A stretch of 64,000 bases of DNA from the NCBI GenBank assembly GCA_963727505.1, contig CAVSGP010000009.1, forward strand, positions 416,001 to 480,000, read 5' to 3'. The stretch comes from an uncultured Trueperaceae bacterium. Lineage in GTDB: Bacteria; Deinococcota; Deinococci; Deinococcales; Trueperaceae. Under the pieces are notes generated by a model, which was not told the origin of the DNA, made no database searches, and saw nothing but the letters and a program-made list of their open reading frames with translations. Below, in pieces: positions 43,257 through 53,495 of the stretch; the first letter of the stretch is position 1, and each line of letters starts with the position of its first letter. A program made the position numbers and the translations under genes.

Positions 43257-43370
43257 TGAGCCCACGGCATGGGATGAATCCCCGCCCAGACGGCATCTCC
43301 GCCGTCTCGTGGGACGTGATATGGTGACTCTTGACGGCGAGCGAAGCCCACCCACGGAAGGTCGGACCCC

Positions 43371-45212
43371 ATGCCCCCTGATCCCAAGGAGCTGATCCGC
43401 GAGCGGCTCAACATCGCGGACGTGATCGGCGAGCAGGTGGCGTTGAAGCCTGCCGGCCGGGGGCAGATGAAGGGCCTGTGCCCGTTCCACAGCGAGAAGA
43501 CGCCGTCGTTCCACGTTCATCTCGATCGCGGCTTCTACTACTGCTTCGGTTGCCACGCCAAGGGGGACGTCTTCGACTTCGTGATGCAGACCCAGGGCAT
43601 GGAGTTCGGTGACGCTCTGCGCCTTCTCGGTGAGCGTGCCGGCGTCGAGGTGGGCCGCACCGCGCCCAAGGACGGGCGCCGGCGCGACCTGTTCGACGTC
43701 AACGGGCTGGCGCTGGCGTACTTCCGGGCACAGCTCGGGGGCGAGGCGCTGGCCTATCTCAAGCGCCGCGGCCTGTCGGACGCCAGCATCGAGAGCTTCG
43801 AGCTCGGGTTCGCTCCGGACGGCTGGGACGGCCTGCTGCGGCATGCCCTGACCCGGGGTGTGCGCGACGAGGACCTGCTGGCCGTCGGGCTGCTGAGCGA
43901 GAACGAGCGGGGGAGACGCTACGACCGCTTCCGCAACCGCGTCATCTTCCCCATCAAGGACGGGATGGGGCGCGTGGTCGGCTTCGCGGGACGGGTGCTC
44001 GACGACAGCCTCCCCAAGTACCTGAACACGCCCGAGACCGAGCTGTTCCGCAAGGCGGAGCTGCTCTACGGCCTCGACCGCGCCCGACCCGCCATCCGCA
44101 AGAGCGGCGAGGCCATCGTGGTCGAGGGCTACATGGACGTGATCGCGCTGCACCAGACCGGCTTCGGCAACGCCGTGGCCGCGCTGGGGGCTGCCCTGAC
44201 CGAGCGGCAGGCCGAGCTGCTCGCCCGGCTCGACGCCAAGCGCGTGTACCTGGCGTTCGACGCCGACGAGGCGGGACAGCGTGCCGTGCTGTCCGGGCTC
44301 GACCAGGCCGTGGGTCGCCGGTTGCTGGTGCGCGCGGTCCAGGTGCCGCACGGCAAGGACCCGGCCGACGCCGTGCTCGGGGGGCACGCCGACGCCTTCC
44401 GCGAGGCGTTGGGGACCGGCCTGTCGGAGGTGGAGTTCCGCTTCCGCCGGGTGCTCGAGCGCTTCGACGAGAACGCCATCGAGGGGCAGCGCGGCGTCCT
44501 GGAGGAGCTCGCCCCGGTGTTGGTGCCGCGCGACGTATTCGACCCGGTGGCGGCGGAGATGCGTCGGCTGGTCATCGATCACCTGGGCATGGACGAGGGC
44601 CGCCTCGATGCCTGGATCCAGGCGAACCAGCGGCACCAGCGGCCGCTGTCGGCGATGCAGGTGCGGGGGATGCGCCGCCGGCACGTCGAGGTGTCGCAGG
44701 TCCGCGCCCTGGAGCTCGAGGTGGTGGCGCTCTTGCTCAGCCAGGGTGGCGACCTGCGCGAGCGTCTCGACGCAGCCCTCTCCGCGATCCCCAACGATCT
44801 CGATGACTCCGCCCTGGGCCAGCTCGAGGCGCTGGTCGACGAGCACCACGACGACCCCGAACGGGTGCTGCTCGCCTACCGCGAGCGTGAGGACGGTGCG
44901 CTGGTGTTCGAACGCGTGCTGGAGCTGTCGCGCGACGAAGGGGCGCGCTTCGATGCCGAGGGGGCGTTGCGGCAGGCGCTGTCACGCCTGCGTGAGTTGC
45001 ACCTCGAGAGTCAGAAGGAGAGTTCGCGGGCGCGGCTGCTGGAGCGGCGGGAAGAGCTGGGACGACTGCTCGAGGCTCCGGACACCAGCAGCGAGCGCCT
45101 GCCCGCGCTCTACGCCGAGCTCAAGCAGATCCACGCCATGTTGTCGGCGCGGGAGGCCGAGCGGCGGACCCGCGTCCCCGCCCGGCGCACGCGCGGCAGG
45201 CGCCGGCGGTAG
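43371..45212 (+). CDS. dnaG: DNA primase
   Basis: [11 protein letters not shown]...CFGC Zn domain, [29 protein letters not shown]. Confidence 0.98.
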   Translation: MPPDPKELIRERLNIADVIGEQVALKPAGRGQMKGLCPFHSEKTPSFHVHLDRGFYYCFGCHAKGDVFDFVMQTQGMEFGDALRLLGERAGVEVGRTAPKDGRRRDLFDVNGLALAYFRAQLGGEALAYLKRRGLSDASIESFELGFAPDGWDGLLRHALTRGVRDEDLLAVGLLSENERGRRYDRFRNRVIFPIKDGMGRVVGFAGRVLDDSLPKYLNTPETELFRKAELLYGLDRARPAIRKSGEAIVVEGYMDVIALHQTGFGNAVAALGAALTERQAELLARLDAKRVYLAFDADEAGQRAVLSGLDQAVGRRLLVRAVQVPHGKDPADAVLGGHADAFREALGTGLSEVEFRFRRVLERFDENAIEGQRGVLEELAPVLVPRDVFDPVAAEMRRLVIDHLGMDEGRLDAWIQANQRHQRPLSAMQVRGMRRRHVEVSQVRALELEVVALLLSQGGDLRERLDAALSAIPNDLDDSALGQLEALVDEHHDDPERVLLAYREREDGALVFERVLELSRDEGARFDAEGALRQALSRLRELHLESQKESSRARLLERREELGRLLEAPDTSSERLPALYAELKQIHAMLSAREAERRTRVPARRTRGRRRR

Positions 45213-45220
45213 AGCGGGGC

Positions 45221-46942
45221 CTAGGGAGCCGCGGGTGCATGCGGCTCCGGAGCCGGGCTCGGGCGACTGGCCCGAGCGCCGCGCCGCAACACCTGCAATC
45301 GCTCGGCCGCGGCTGCCAGGGCGTCAACGTCGGCCTCCAACATCCCCCATGCTCCGATCAACAGGGCCCGGTCTGCGATGCGCCGGGCTTCGGCGGCGTC
45401 GCCGGCGCGTAGCGCCCGATCCGCGGCGTCCGCCACGGTCCGCAGGTGTGGTCCGAAGGTCGGCGCTGCGCCGCCGGCATCGGGGGGAGCGAGGGGTAGC
45501 GCCAGGCGCAGGGCTTCGGACGGCTCGAGCTTCAGCAGCCCACCCCCCAGCGCATGCCCCTCGAGCTCGGCGCTGAGCTCGCTCAACGAGGTCAGCGCCG
45601 CCAGCGCCAGCAGCTCGGCGGAGCCGGACGGCACCCCCGGCCGCAGGCGCACGGCGTGCAGGGTGTTGCACACCGAAGCGCCGGCGGCGTTCACCGCCAG
45701 GCGCGGCGCGCCTCCGCTCATGGCGGTGAGGACCAGGTCGGGCGGTTCGGTGCGGGTCACGCGGTACCAGGGTCGGCGGCGACGGACCTTGGTCCGTTCG
45801 GGCACTGCGCGCTCGACGCCGGCGGCCAGGTAGGCGGCCACGGCGCCGTCGTCGGCGCGCTGTGGCGCGAGCAGGTAGCCGCTAAGACCGCGTTCGGCGC
45901 CGCGGCACCAGTCCTCGTCGGTGACCCGCAGGCCAGGCAGGGCCCGGCTCCGGAAGAGCGCCCGCTGCAGGTGCTCCGGCGCCAACCCCAGCGCAGCGGC
46001 GCGTGCCGGCGAGAGGTGGAAGAAGTCGTTGTGGCCGGTCACGTAGCCGATGCTGACGTTCGCCCAGGCGCCCAGGCGGCGGCTGTCGACGTCGCTCGAG
46101 AGGCCCTCCAGCAGGGCGTGTGCCGCGGGCGGCAACCAGGCGTGGTGGAGCTTCGCCGTGCCTCGCACCAGGGCGTCGGCGTCGAGGCCGAAGCGGGCCA
46201 CGCGGTCGAGGCCGGCGGCGAGCGCGTCCACGGAGCCGAGCCGGGCGGCGCTGAAGCCGCGGAACGGCTCCCCGCGACCTTCGGCCAGGAGTAGCACCGT
46301 TCCCTGGTCCAGCGAGGGGAAGAGCGCGGACTCGAAGAGCACGAACGTGACCGCCCCGAAGCTGGCGCGGAGGTGCTCGAGGACGGGGCGCGCATAGCGG
46401 GCGTGCCCGATCTCGCTGGGAACGACCAGTGCCAGGCGCCCCCCGGGCCGCAGGAAGGCGCCGGCGTGGAGCACGAACGCTGCCCAGCTCGATGCCATGC
46501 TGTCCAGCCGCACGCCGGCGGCCGCCGCCACGGCCGACGCCCGTTCGCGCCGCGCGCGCTCCATGCGCTGGAAGCGCACGAAGGGGGGGTTGCCGAGCAC
46601 CGCGTCGAAGGCGGGCCAGGCGTCCGGCGCCATGGCGAGGAAGTCTGCGACCCGGATGCCGGCGCCCTCGGCACCGATCGCACGCAGGCGCTGCGCGGCC
46701 TCGCCTGCTGCCTCGGCGCGCATCTCCACTCCGCAGACGTCGCCGGGGCAGCCGCCGAGCTCCCGCGCGCGGCGCGCGGCCTCCGCCAGGAAGACGCCGT
46801 CGCCAGCGGCGGGATCGAGCGCTCGCTCGCCTGGCTGACGCAGTGCCCAGTCGCTGAGCGCTCGAGCCACCGGTGCGGGGGTATAGTATGCCCCGACGGA
46901 CTTCGGTCCGTTCGGTGATCCGTAGGAGGGGTCCCGGCTCAC
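45221..46942 (-). CDS. N6-adenine DNA methyltransferase (gamma class, Eco57I/XhoI-like), no cognate endonuclease nearby
   Basis: GAYYTP, LDPAAGDGVFL (motif I), GNPPF (motif IV), LRPGGRLALVVP, GGGLLKLEP; GTG 5 nt after TAGACT. Confidence 0.88.
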   Translation of the reverse strand: MSRDPSYGSPNGPKSVGAYYTPAPVARALSDWALRQPGERALDPAAGDGVFLAEAARRARELGGCPGDVCGVEMRAEAAGEAAQRLRAIGAEGAGIRVADFLAMAPDAWPAFDAVLGNPPFVRFQRMERARRERASAVAAAAGVRLDSMASSWAAFVLHAGAFLRPGGRLALVVPSEIGHARYARPVLEHLRASFGAVTFVLFESALFPSLDQGTVLLLAEGRGEPFRGFSAARLGSVDALAAGLDRVARFGLDADALVRGTAKLHHAWLPPAAHALLEGLSSDVDSRRLGAWANVSIGYVTGHNDFFHLSPARAAALGLAPEHLQRALFRSRALPGLRVTDEDWCRGAERGLSGYLLAPQRADDGAVAAYLAAGVERAVPERTKVRRRRPWYRVTRTEPPDLVLTAMSGGAPRLAVNAAGASVCNTLHAVRLRPGVPSGSAELLALAALTSLSELSAELEGHALGGGLLKLEPSEALRLALPLAPPDAGGAAPTFGPHLRTVADAADRALRAGDAAEARRIADRALLIGAWGMLEADVDALAAAAERLQVLRRGARASRPSPAPEPHAPAAP

Positions 46943-47010
46943 GCCGGAGTCTACCCGAGCTGTTGCCGTATGGCGGCTGCGGAGGGGGCTGCGGGGGAGT
47001 TGTGTCCCGA

Positions 47011-47040
47011 TTGACACGCAAAGTTGGCGGTTGTTATGGT
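47011..47040 (+). promoter_or_regulatory. Putative sigma70 promoter of the V-ATPase operon
   Basis: TTGACA (47011-47016), 18 bp, TG-T-TATGGT (47035-47040). Confidence 0.65.
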
Positions 47041-47169
47041 TGCTGGGCAACGCTCAAGGGGTAGGATGTACCGCGTTCGACGCGGTTTTTTGTGCCTCAC
47101 ACTGCGATCCGGAACCATTCTCGACAGCCTGTCGTAACCCGCGGTGACGCGGGGCGGAAGGAGGGCTGG

Positions 47170-47490
47170 TTGGAAGCTCAGGGTGAACGACTCCTGCAAG
47201 ACCTCGTGACCCAGGAGAAGAGCCTGGTGGCCAAGGTCGAGGACGCGCGCAAACAGGCCTCGGAGATCGTCTCCGAAGCTCAGGAGGAGGCGCGGCGCAT
47301 CCTCGAGGAGGCTCGAGGGAAGGCTGAGACCCTCGCCAAGCAGGAAGCCGACCGGGGCGCCAAGGAAGCGGAGTCCGCACGGGAGGACATCGTCCACTCG
47401 GCGCGGGAGACCGCGGGCAGGCTCGAGGCGCAGGCGCGTGCCGGCAGGGAGGATGCGGTGGCGCTGGTGATGGAGCGGGTCTTGCCATGA
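47170..47490 (+). CDS. V/A-type ATP synthase subunit G/H (peripheral stalk)
   Basis: Coiled-coil EA-rich protein ending ERVLP, first gene of the operon; AAGGAGG SD before TTG. Confidence 0.85.
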   Translation: MEAQGERLLQDLVTQEKSLVAKVEDARKQASEIVSEAQEEARRILEEARGKAETLAKQEADRGAKEAESAREDIVHSARETAGRLEAQARAGREDAVALVMERVLP

Positions 47491-49481
47491 TCGCCAAGAT
47501 GGAGCAACTCCTGGTCGTCGGGCGGCGCTCGGCGGCCACGGACGTGCTCGTCAGCCTCCAGAGCCTGGGCGTGGTGCAGGTGGAGCCGCTCGAGCCCGGG
47601 GACGAAGAGGCCCTCCGCCCGGTCAAGCTCGAAGGGGACGACCTGCACCGCAAGGAGCTGTGGGATTACCTCGTGTCGCGCTCCGAGGCGCTGCTGGACG
47701 CCCTCGAGATCCGCGACGAAGGCCCGGTGCCGCGTGGCGAGGCCGGCAACGATCCCGAGGCGCTCTCGAAGGAGCTCGCGCCTGTCGGAGACCAGATCGA
47801 CCGGCTGGTCGCCGAGCGCGCCGACGCACGGGACGAGCTCGAGCTCACGCAGGCCTACCTGGCCGTGTTCCGACAGCTCGCACCGATGATGGCGCAGCTC
47901 GAGGAAGCCACCTACCTCGGCGGCGCCGCCTTCCTGGTCGCAGACGAGGACTACGGGGCGCTTGAAGAGGCGCTCGACGAAGAGTTCGACGGCGGGTACG
48001 CCCTCGCCTGGCAGCGCCACGGCGCCGAGCGCATGGTGGTGGCGGCGGCCCTGTTCCGCGACCTGCCCCGCCTGCGCGCGACCTTCACCCGGCTCGGCCA
48101 CTCCGAGATCGCCCTGCCGGAGCGCTACCAGGATCTCGGCGTCGCCAAGGCGGCGCACGTGATGGAGGAGCGTTCGCAGACGCTTCCCAAGCGTGTCGCA
48201 TCGATCCACGAGGAGCTCGGCAAGCTCGCCGGGCAGCACGGCCGCCGGCTGCGTGCGATCGCCCAGGTGGCTCACAACCATCAGGCGCGCTACGAGCGGC
48301 TCCAGGACCTGCTGGAGGGGCGCTACGGCTTCGCTCTGTCGGGCTGGGTGCCTGCCGAGGACAGCGGCCGCGTGGTCGAGGCGCTGCGCAAGCAGTTCGC
48401 CGAGCAGATCCGCGTGGCGGTCCGGCCGGCCGACGAACACCACGATCGTGGGGTGCCCGTCAAGTTCGACAACCCCGCCTGGGTTCGCCCCTTCCAGGGA
48501 CTGTTGGCGCTCTTCGAGCCGCCGCGATACGGCAGCTTCGATCCGAGCTGGACGCTGGCGGTGTTCTTCCCGCTGTTCTTCGGCCTGCAGGTCGGCGACA
48601 TCGGCTACGGCCTGCTGTTCGCGAGCCTCGGGCTCTGGCTCCGGCGCCGCGGAGCGGCCGGCAAGAACGTCGACACCGGCCCCATCCAGATCATCATCCC
48701 GGCCCGCATCCTGCGGCCGCTCAGCACCGTCGTCTTCTGGCTGGCAGGGTGGACGATCCTGTTCGGCTTCGTCTACGGTGAGTTCTTCGGGAACCTGTTC
48801 GAGCGCTTCCCGGCCGGGCGTCCGCTGTTCTACACGCTGGCGCACGGCAGCGGGCATCACGAGGGCGTGATCCCCATCCTGCTCTTGCGTGTCGAGGTGT
48901 TCGGTCCGCTGCTGCTCGTCTCCACGCTGTTCGGCGTGCTTCAGGTGCTGGGCGGCTGGCTCATCCGCATCATCTACGCGGTACGGCACGGCGAGAGCAT
49001 GCACCTCTACGAAGGGCTGGGCATGCTGACGGGCCTGGTCGCGGTGGTGGTGTTCGCCACGGCCTACCAGACCCACACCGTCAACGCGGCCGTGGTCGTG
49101 GTCACGCTGGCGCTGCTGGTCGGCTTCGCCGTGTTCACGGTGCTGGCCAAGAACGGCCTGATGGTGCTCGAGTTGATCTCCAACGGCGGGCACATCCTGA
49201 GCTACTTGCGAATCTTCGCCGTCGGGCTGGCCTCGGCCCTGATCGCCAACCTGTCGATCGACCTGGGCTACTCGCTCAGCGGCGTGCTTCCGATCATCGG
49301 ACCCGTCCTGGGCATCCTGGTAGGCGGCGTCGTCATCATGATCGCGCTGGCCCTGACCATCATCAGCGATACGCTCCAGCCGCTCCGACTTCACTACGTC
49401 GAGTTCTTCACCAAGTTCGGTTTCTACGATGAGAGTGGTCGTCCCTACCGACCCTTCCGTCTCCTAGGAGGAAAGTCATGA
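47487..49481 (+). CDS. atpI: V/A-type ATP synthase subunit I (a)
   Basis: MIAKME, GWVP, PVKFDNP, DIGYG, LSYLRIFAVG, LRLHYVEFFTKF. Confidence 0.95.
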   Translation: MIAKMEQLLVVGRRSAATDVLVSLQSLGVVQVEPLEPGDEEALRPVKLEGDDLHRKELWDYLVSRSEALLDALEIRDEGPVPRGEAGNDPEALSKELAPVGDQIDRLVAERADARDELELTQAYLAVFRQLAPMMAQLEEATYLGGAAFLVADEDYGALEEALDEEFDGGYALAWQRHGAERMVVAAALFRDLPRLRATFTRLGHSEIALPERYQDLGVAKAAHVMEERSQTLPKRVASIHEELGKLAGQHGRRLRAIAQVAHNHQARYERLQDLLEGRYGFALSGWVPAEDSGRVVEALRKQFAEQIRVAVRPADEHHDRGVPVKFDNPAWVRPFQGLLALFEPPRYGSFDPSWTLAVFFPLFFGLQVGDIGYGLLFASLGLWLRRRGAAGKNVDTGPIQIIIPARILRPLSTVVFWLAGWTILFGFVYGEFFGNLFERFPAGRPLFYTLAHGSGHHEGVIPILLLRVEVFGPLLLVSTLFGVLQVLGGWLIRIIYAVRHGESMHLYEGLGMLTGLVAVVVFATAYQTHTVNAAVVVVTLALLVGFAVFTVLAKNGLMVLELISNGGHILSYLRIFAVGLASALIANLSIDLGYSLSGVLPIIGPVLGILVGGVVIMIALALTIISDTLQPLRLHYVEFFTKFGFYDESGRPYRPFRLLGGKS

Positions 49482-49792
49482 ACAAGCTCGCCAAGGTTCT
49501 GGGAGTCCTTTCCCTCTTCGCCGTCTTCGCCGGGACCGCCTTCGCGCAGGGCGCGGCCGCCTCGGGCGGGGACATCGGCATGGGCCTTCTGGGCGTGGGC
49601 GCCGGTCTGGCCATCGGCCTTGCCGGCATCGGCGTCGGGATCGCGCAGGGTTACATCGGCAGTGCCGGCCTGGGGACCATCACCGAGAAGCCCGAGGCCT
49701 TCGGTCAGGTGCTGATCTTCCTGGTGATCCCCGAGACCATCATCATCTTCGGCTTCGTGATCGCCTTCTTCCTGTACGGCAAGATGGGCTGA
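49478..49792 (+). CDS. atpK: V/A-type ATP synthase proteolipid subunit K/L (c)
   Basis: Signal-like N-terminus plus one hairpin carrying IPET (carboxylate), as in the Thermus L subunit. Confidence 0.93.
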   Translation: MNKLAKVLGVLSLFAVFAGTAFAQGAAASGGDIGMGLLGVGAGLAIGLAGIGVGIAQGYIGSAGLGTITEKPEAFGQVLIFLVIPETIIIFGFVIAFFLYGKMG

Positions 49793-49796
49793 GAAC

Positions 49797-50390
49797 GTGT
49801 CCGATCTGGCTGCTCTGCTCGAGAAGGAAGCGAGCACGGAGATCGAGTCCATCCTCTCCGAGGCGCGGAGCCGCGCCTCAGAGGTGGTTGCGGACGCGCG
49901 CCAGGAGGCCGACACGCTGGTCGCCGCGCGGGAGCGTGTGGCGGCCGCACACCGGAGCGCCGCCATGACGCGTGCGCGCTCGAGCGCGCAGCTCGAGGCG
50001 TCGTCACTGCAACTCCGTGCCCAGCATGACGGCGTCGAGGCGGTCTTCCAGCAAGCGCGAGAGCGCCTCGAGGCGCTGCTCGCCGATGCCGACGCCTATC
50101 CGGACGTGCTGAAGAAGCTGCTGGAGGAGGCCGTCGACGGCCTCGACGCGAACGAGGTGCAGGCGATCGTCGTCCACCCGGACGAACACGGCTACGCCGA
50201 GAGGGCCGCCAAGGCGCTGTCGCTGTCGGCGAAGGTCGAGTCCGACGAGCGTATCCGGGGGGGCGTGCGCTTGCGCCTCAAGGGCAACAACACCATCGAG
50301 AACTCGCTCTACGAGCGCTTGGAGGTGCTGCGGGCCGAACTCGCGTCGGAGGTGTCCGAGGCGCTCTTCGGCGCGTCGCGGGAGCGCTAG
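49797..50390 (+). CDS. atpE: V/A-type ATP synthase subunit E
   Basis: Coiled-coil N-terminus, GGVRL...IENSL..RL; operon position. Confidence 0.92.
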   Translation: MSDLAALLEKEASTEIESILSEARSRASEVVADARQEADTLVAARERVAAAHRSAAMTRARSSAQLEASSLQLRAQHDGVEAVFQQARERLEALLADADAYPDVLKKLLEEAVDGLDANEVQAIVVHPDEHGYAERAAKALSLSAKVESDERIRGGVRLRLKGNNTIENSLYERLEVLRAELASEVSEALFGASRER

Positions 50391-50391
50391 G

Positions 50392-51405
50392 ATGTCGACC
50401 GACTACGGCTACATCAACGCGCGGGTTCGCGGCATGAAGACCAAGCTGCTGGGCACGGAGTTCTTCTCCGAGGCCCTGGATGCCACGGACTTCCGCTCCT
50501 TCCTGTCGGTGCTGGGGCAGTCGCGCTACATGCACGGGCTGGAGGAGGCGCAATCGCGCTACGAGGGCCTGCGTGCCGTCGACGATGCCCTCGCCAGGGA
50601 CTTCTTCGGCATGACCCGCAGCCTGCTCAGCGCCGCTGACGGCGCGCCAGGCCAGCTGATGGAGCTGCTGCTGTTGCGCTACGACCGCGAGAACATCAAG
50701 ACCATCGCGCGCGCCAAGCACGCGGGCAAGACGGTCGAAGAGATCCTCGGGTCGCTGTTCCCGGCCGGACCGCTCAAGCCGGCGGTGCTGGAGGAGGTCG
50801 CCGCGACGCCCGACATGGCCGCGGCGGCCCAGGCGCTGGCGGTCACCAAGACCCCGCTCAAGGCGGCGTTCTCGCGGGCGGTGGCGCGCTACCAGTCCGA
50901 CGGCGACCTCTACGCCCTGGAGCTGGCGATCGACCGGGCCTACTATCAGGTCCTGATGCAGCGGCTGCGCAGGACCAACGCCCCCACGAGCTTCATGCGG
51001 CACATCGTGCGGGAGATCGACGCCACCAACCTGCGCACCGCGTTGAAGTTGCGAGGCGTGGAGGAGGGTTCGGAAGAGGTCTTCATCCCGGGCGGGCGCG
51101 AGATCGATCGAGGCCTGTTCGAGAGCATCCGTACGGACGCCTCGAATGGTGCGCTGCAAGCGCTTTCCGGGACGGCCTTCGCCGAGGTCGCGGAGACCGA
51201 GACGCTGGCCGCGGCCGAGCAGAAGGTGCGGGAGGTGCTGGACGCCAGCGCCCGTGCCGCCGCTTCCGATCCCCTGGGGCCGGGCGTGGTCGTGCGCTTC
51301 TTGCGGCTGAAGGAGGCCGAGGTAGCGAGGCTTCGCCTGCTCGCCCGCGGCACCTTCTACGGTGTGCCGCGCGCGGCGCTGGAGAGGGAGCTCGGGCATG
51401 CCTAA
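50392..51405 (+). CDS. atpC: V/A-type ATP synthase subunit C
   Basis: DYGYINARVRG, EIDATNLRTALKL, GGREI. Confidence 0.93.
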   Translation: MSTDYGYINARVRGMKTKLLGTEFFSEALDATDFRSFLSVLGQSRYMHGLEEAQSRYEGLRAVDDALARDFFGMTRSLLSAADGAPGQLMELLLLRYDRENIKTIARAKHAGKTVEEILGSLFPAGPLKPAVLEEVAATPDMAAAAQALAVTKTPLKAAFSRAVARYQSDGDLYALELAIDRAYYQVLMQRLRRTNAPTSFMRHIVREIDATNLRTALKLRGVEEGSEEVFIPGGREIDRGLFESIRTDASNGALQALSGTAFAEVAETETLAAAEQKVREVLDASARAAASDPLGPGVVVRFLRLKEAEVARLRLLARGTFYGVPRAALERELGHA

Positions 51406-51724
51406 GATGGTCGTCTTGACCGACAGTGAGACGGCGGTGGGTTTCCGGCTGGCCGGCGTCGAGGTCCGCGAGGTCGAAAGTGACGGGGCGAAGGACGTCC
51501 TGGAGGAGCTCATCCGTTCCGACGATTACGGCCTCGTGGTCGTAGACGAGGGGCTCATCCCCGATCCGATCGCGGCGAGCGAGCGTGCCATGCGAGGCCG
51601 CGAACTGCCGGTGGTGCTGCCCCTTCCCAGCCTGGGCGGCGCATTCGGCGAGGGCGACGACGCCGTCGCTTACATGAAGTCCCTGGTGCGCGACGCCATC
51701 GGGTTCGATATCAAGCTGGAGTGA
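51398..51724 (+). CDS. atpF: V/A-type ATP synthase subunit F
   Basis: [28 protein letters not shown]. Confidence 0.94.
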   Translation: MPKMVVLTDSETAVGFRLAGVEVREVESDGAKDVLEELIRSDDYGLVVVDEGLIPDPIAASERAMRGRELPVVLPLPSLGGAFGEGDDAVAYMKSLVRDAIGFDIKLE

Positions 51725-51740
51725 GAGCAGGAGGGCTTAC

Positions 51741-53480
51741 GTGGCCATTGAAGGGAAGATTCAACGTATCTCCGGCCCGGCGGTGATCGCCCAGGGGATG
51801 ATGGGTGCGCGGATGTACGACATCGTCCGGGTCGGCGAGGAGAAGCTGGTCGGAGAGATCATCCGTCTCGACGGCAACAACGCCTTCGTCCAGGTCTACG
51901 AGGACACCGGCGGGCTGACCGTGGGGGAACCGGTCGTATCGACCGGTCTACCTCTGGCGGTCGAGCTGGGCCCGGGGATGCTCAACGGCATCTTCGACGG
52001 TATCCAGCGGCCGCTCGACAAGCTGCACGAGAGTTCGGGGACGTACATCGATCGCGGCCTGGTGGTGAACGCCCTGTCGCAGGACGCCAAGTGGCAGTTC
52101 ACGCCGCAGGTCGCGAAGGGCGACGAGGTGCGGCAGGGGCAGGTCCTCGGGACCGTGCCCGAGTTCGCGTTCACCCACAAGATCCTGGTGCCTCCCGGCA
52201 AGGGTGGCGTGATCAAGAGCATCGTGGGCGAGGGTGAGTACACGGTTCAGGACACCATCGCCACGCTGGAAGACGGCACCGAGCTGCGGCTCGCGCACAC
52301 CTGGCCGGTACGCCAGGCCCGCCCGGTCGAGCGCAAGCTCGACCCGGTGACCCCGTTCCTCACGGGGATGCGCATTCTCGACGTGCTCTTCCCTCTGACG
52401 ATGGGGGGGACCGCAGCGATCCCCGGGCCCTTCGGGTCCGGGAAGACGGTCACGCAGCAGTCGGTCGCGAAGTACGGCAACGCCGACATCGTGGTCTACG
52501 TCGGTTGCGGCGAGCGCGGCAACGAGATGACGGACGTGCTGGTCGAGTTCCCGGAGCTCGAGGATCCGCAGACCGGCAATCCCCTGATGCACCGCACGGT
52601 GCTCATCGCCAACACCTCGAACATGCCGGTGGCGGCGCGCGAAGCGAGCATCTACACCGGCATCACGCTGGCCGAATACTTCCGCGACATGGGCTACTCG
52701 GTGTCGATCATGGCCGATTCGACCAGCCGTTGGGCCGAGGCGCTGCGCGAGATCTCCTCGCGGCTCGAGGAGATGCCGGCCGAAGAGGGCTACCCTCCCT
52801 ACCTGGCGTCGCGACTGGCGGCGTTCTACGAGCGCGGTGGCCGTGTCGACACGCTCGCCGGCGACCAGGGCGCCGTGTCGATCATCGGCGCGGTCAGTCC
52901 GGCGGGCGGCGACTTCTCCGAGCCGGTCACGCAGGCCACGTTGCGCATCACGGGATGCTTCTGGGCGCTGGACGCCTCGCTGGCGCGGCGCCGTCACTTC
53001 CCGGCCATCAACTGGAACCGCTCGTATTCGCTGTTCACGGACATCCTCGACGGCTGGTACGCCGAGAACGTGGCCGAGGACTACACCGAGTTGCGGAGCC
53101 AGGCCGTCGACCTGCTGCAGCGCGAGTCGGACCTGCAGGAGGTCGTCCAGCTCGTCGGGCCCGACGCCCTCCAGGACCAGGAGCGACTCGTGATCGAGGC
53201 CGGACGCATCCTGCGCCAGAACTTCCTGCAGCAGAACGGTTTCGACCCGGTCGACGCCTCCTGCACGCTGCACAAGGCCTACGGCATGCTCCAGATGATG
53301 CTGCGCTTCTACGAGGACGCCCAGCAGGCGCTGCAGTCCGGAGCGACGGTCGACGAGGTGTTGCAGGCCCCGGTGATCGAGAAGATCAATCGCTCGCGCT
53401 ACGTGGCCGAGGACGAGTTCGATGCCTACAAGGACGGCGTGATGAGTGAACTGTCCCAGGGCTTCGGCGTGGCCGCCTGA
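51741..53480 (+). CDS. atpA: V/A-type ATP synthase subunit A
   Basis: [35 protein letters not shown]; no intein. Confidence 0.99.
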   Translation: MAIEGKIQRISGPAVIAQGMMGARMYDIVRVGEEKLVGEIIRLDGNNAFVQVYEDTGGLTVGEPVVSTGLPLAVELGPGMLNGIFDGIQRPLDKLHESSGTYIDRGLVVNALSQDAKWQFTPQVAKGDEVRQGQVLGTVPEFAFTHKILVPPGKGGVIKSIVGEGEYTVQDTIATLEDGTELRLAHTWPVRQARPVERKLDPVTPFLTGMRILDVLFPLTMGGTAAIPGPFGSGKTVTQQSVAKYGNADIVVYVGCGERGNEMTDVLVEFPELEDPQTGNPLMHRTVLIANTSNMPVAAREASIYTGITLAEYFRDMGYSVSIMADSTSRWAEALREISSRLEEMPAEEGYPPYLASRLAAFYERGGRVDTLAGDQGAVSIIGAVSPAGGDFSEPVTQATLRITGCFWALDASLARRRHFPAINWNRSYSLFTDILDGWYAENVAEDYTELRSQAVDLLQRESDLQEVVQLVGPDALQDQERLVIEAGRILRQNFLQQNGFDPVDASCTLHKAYGMLQMMLRFYEDAQQALQSGATVDEVLQAPVIEKINRSRYVAEDEFDAYKDGVMSELSQGFGVAA

Positions 53481-53495
53481 GGCCGGAGAGGGAGC

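Noticed and set aside
49478..49792. Proteolipid with a signal-like N-terminus and Q...ET residues suggesting Na+ coupling
   Set aside because: The same features occur in the H+-coupled Thermus subunit; ion specificity cannot be called by eye
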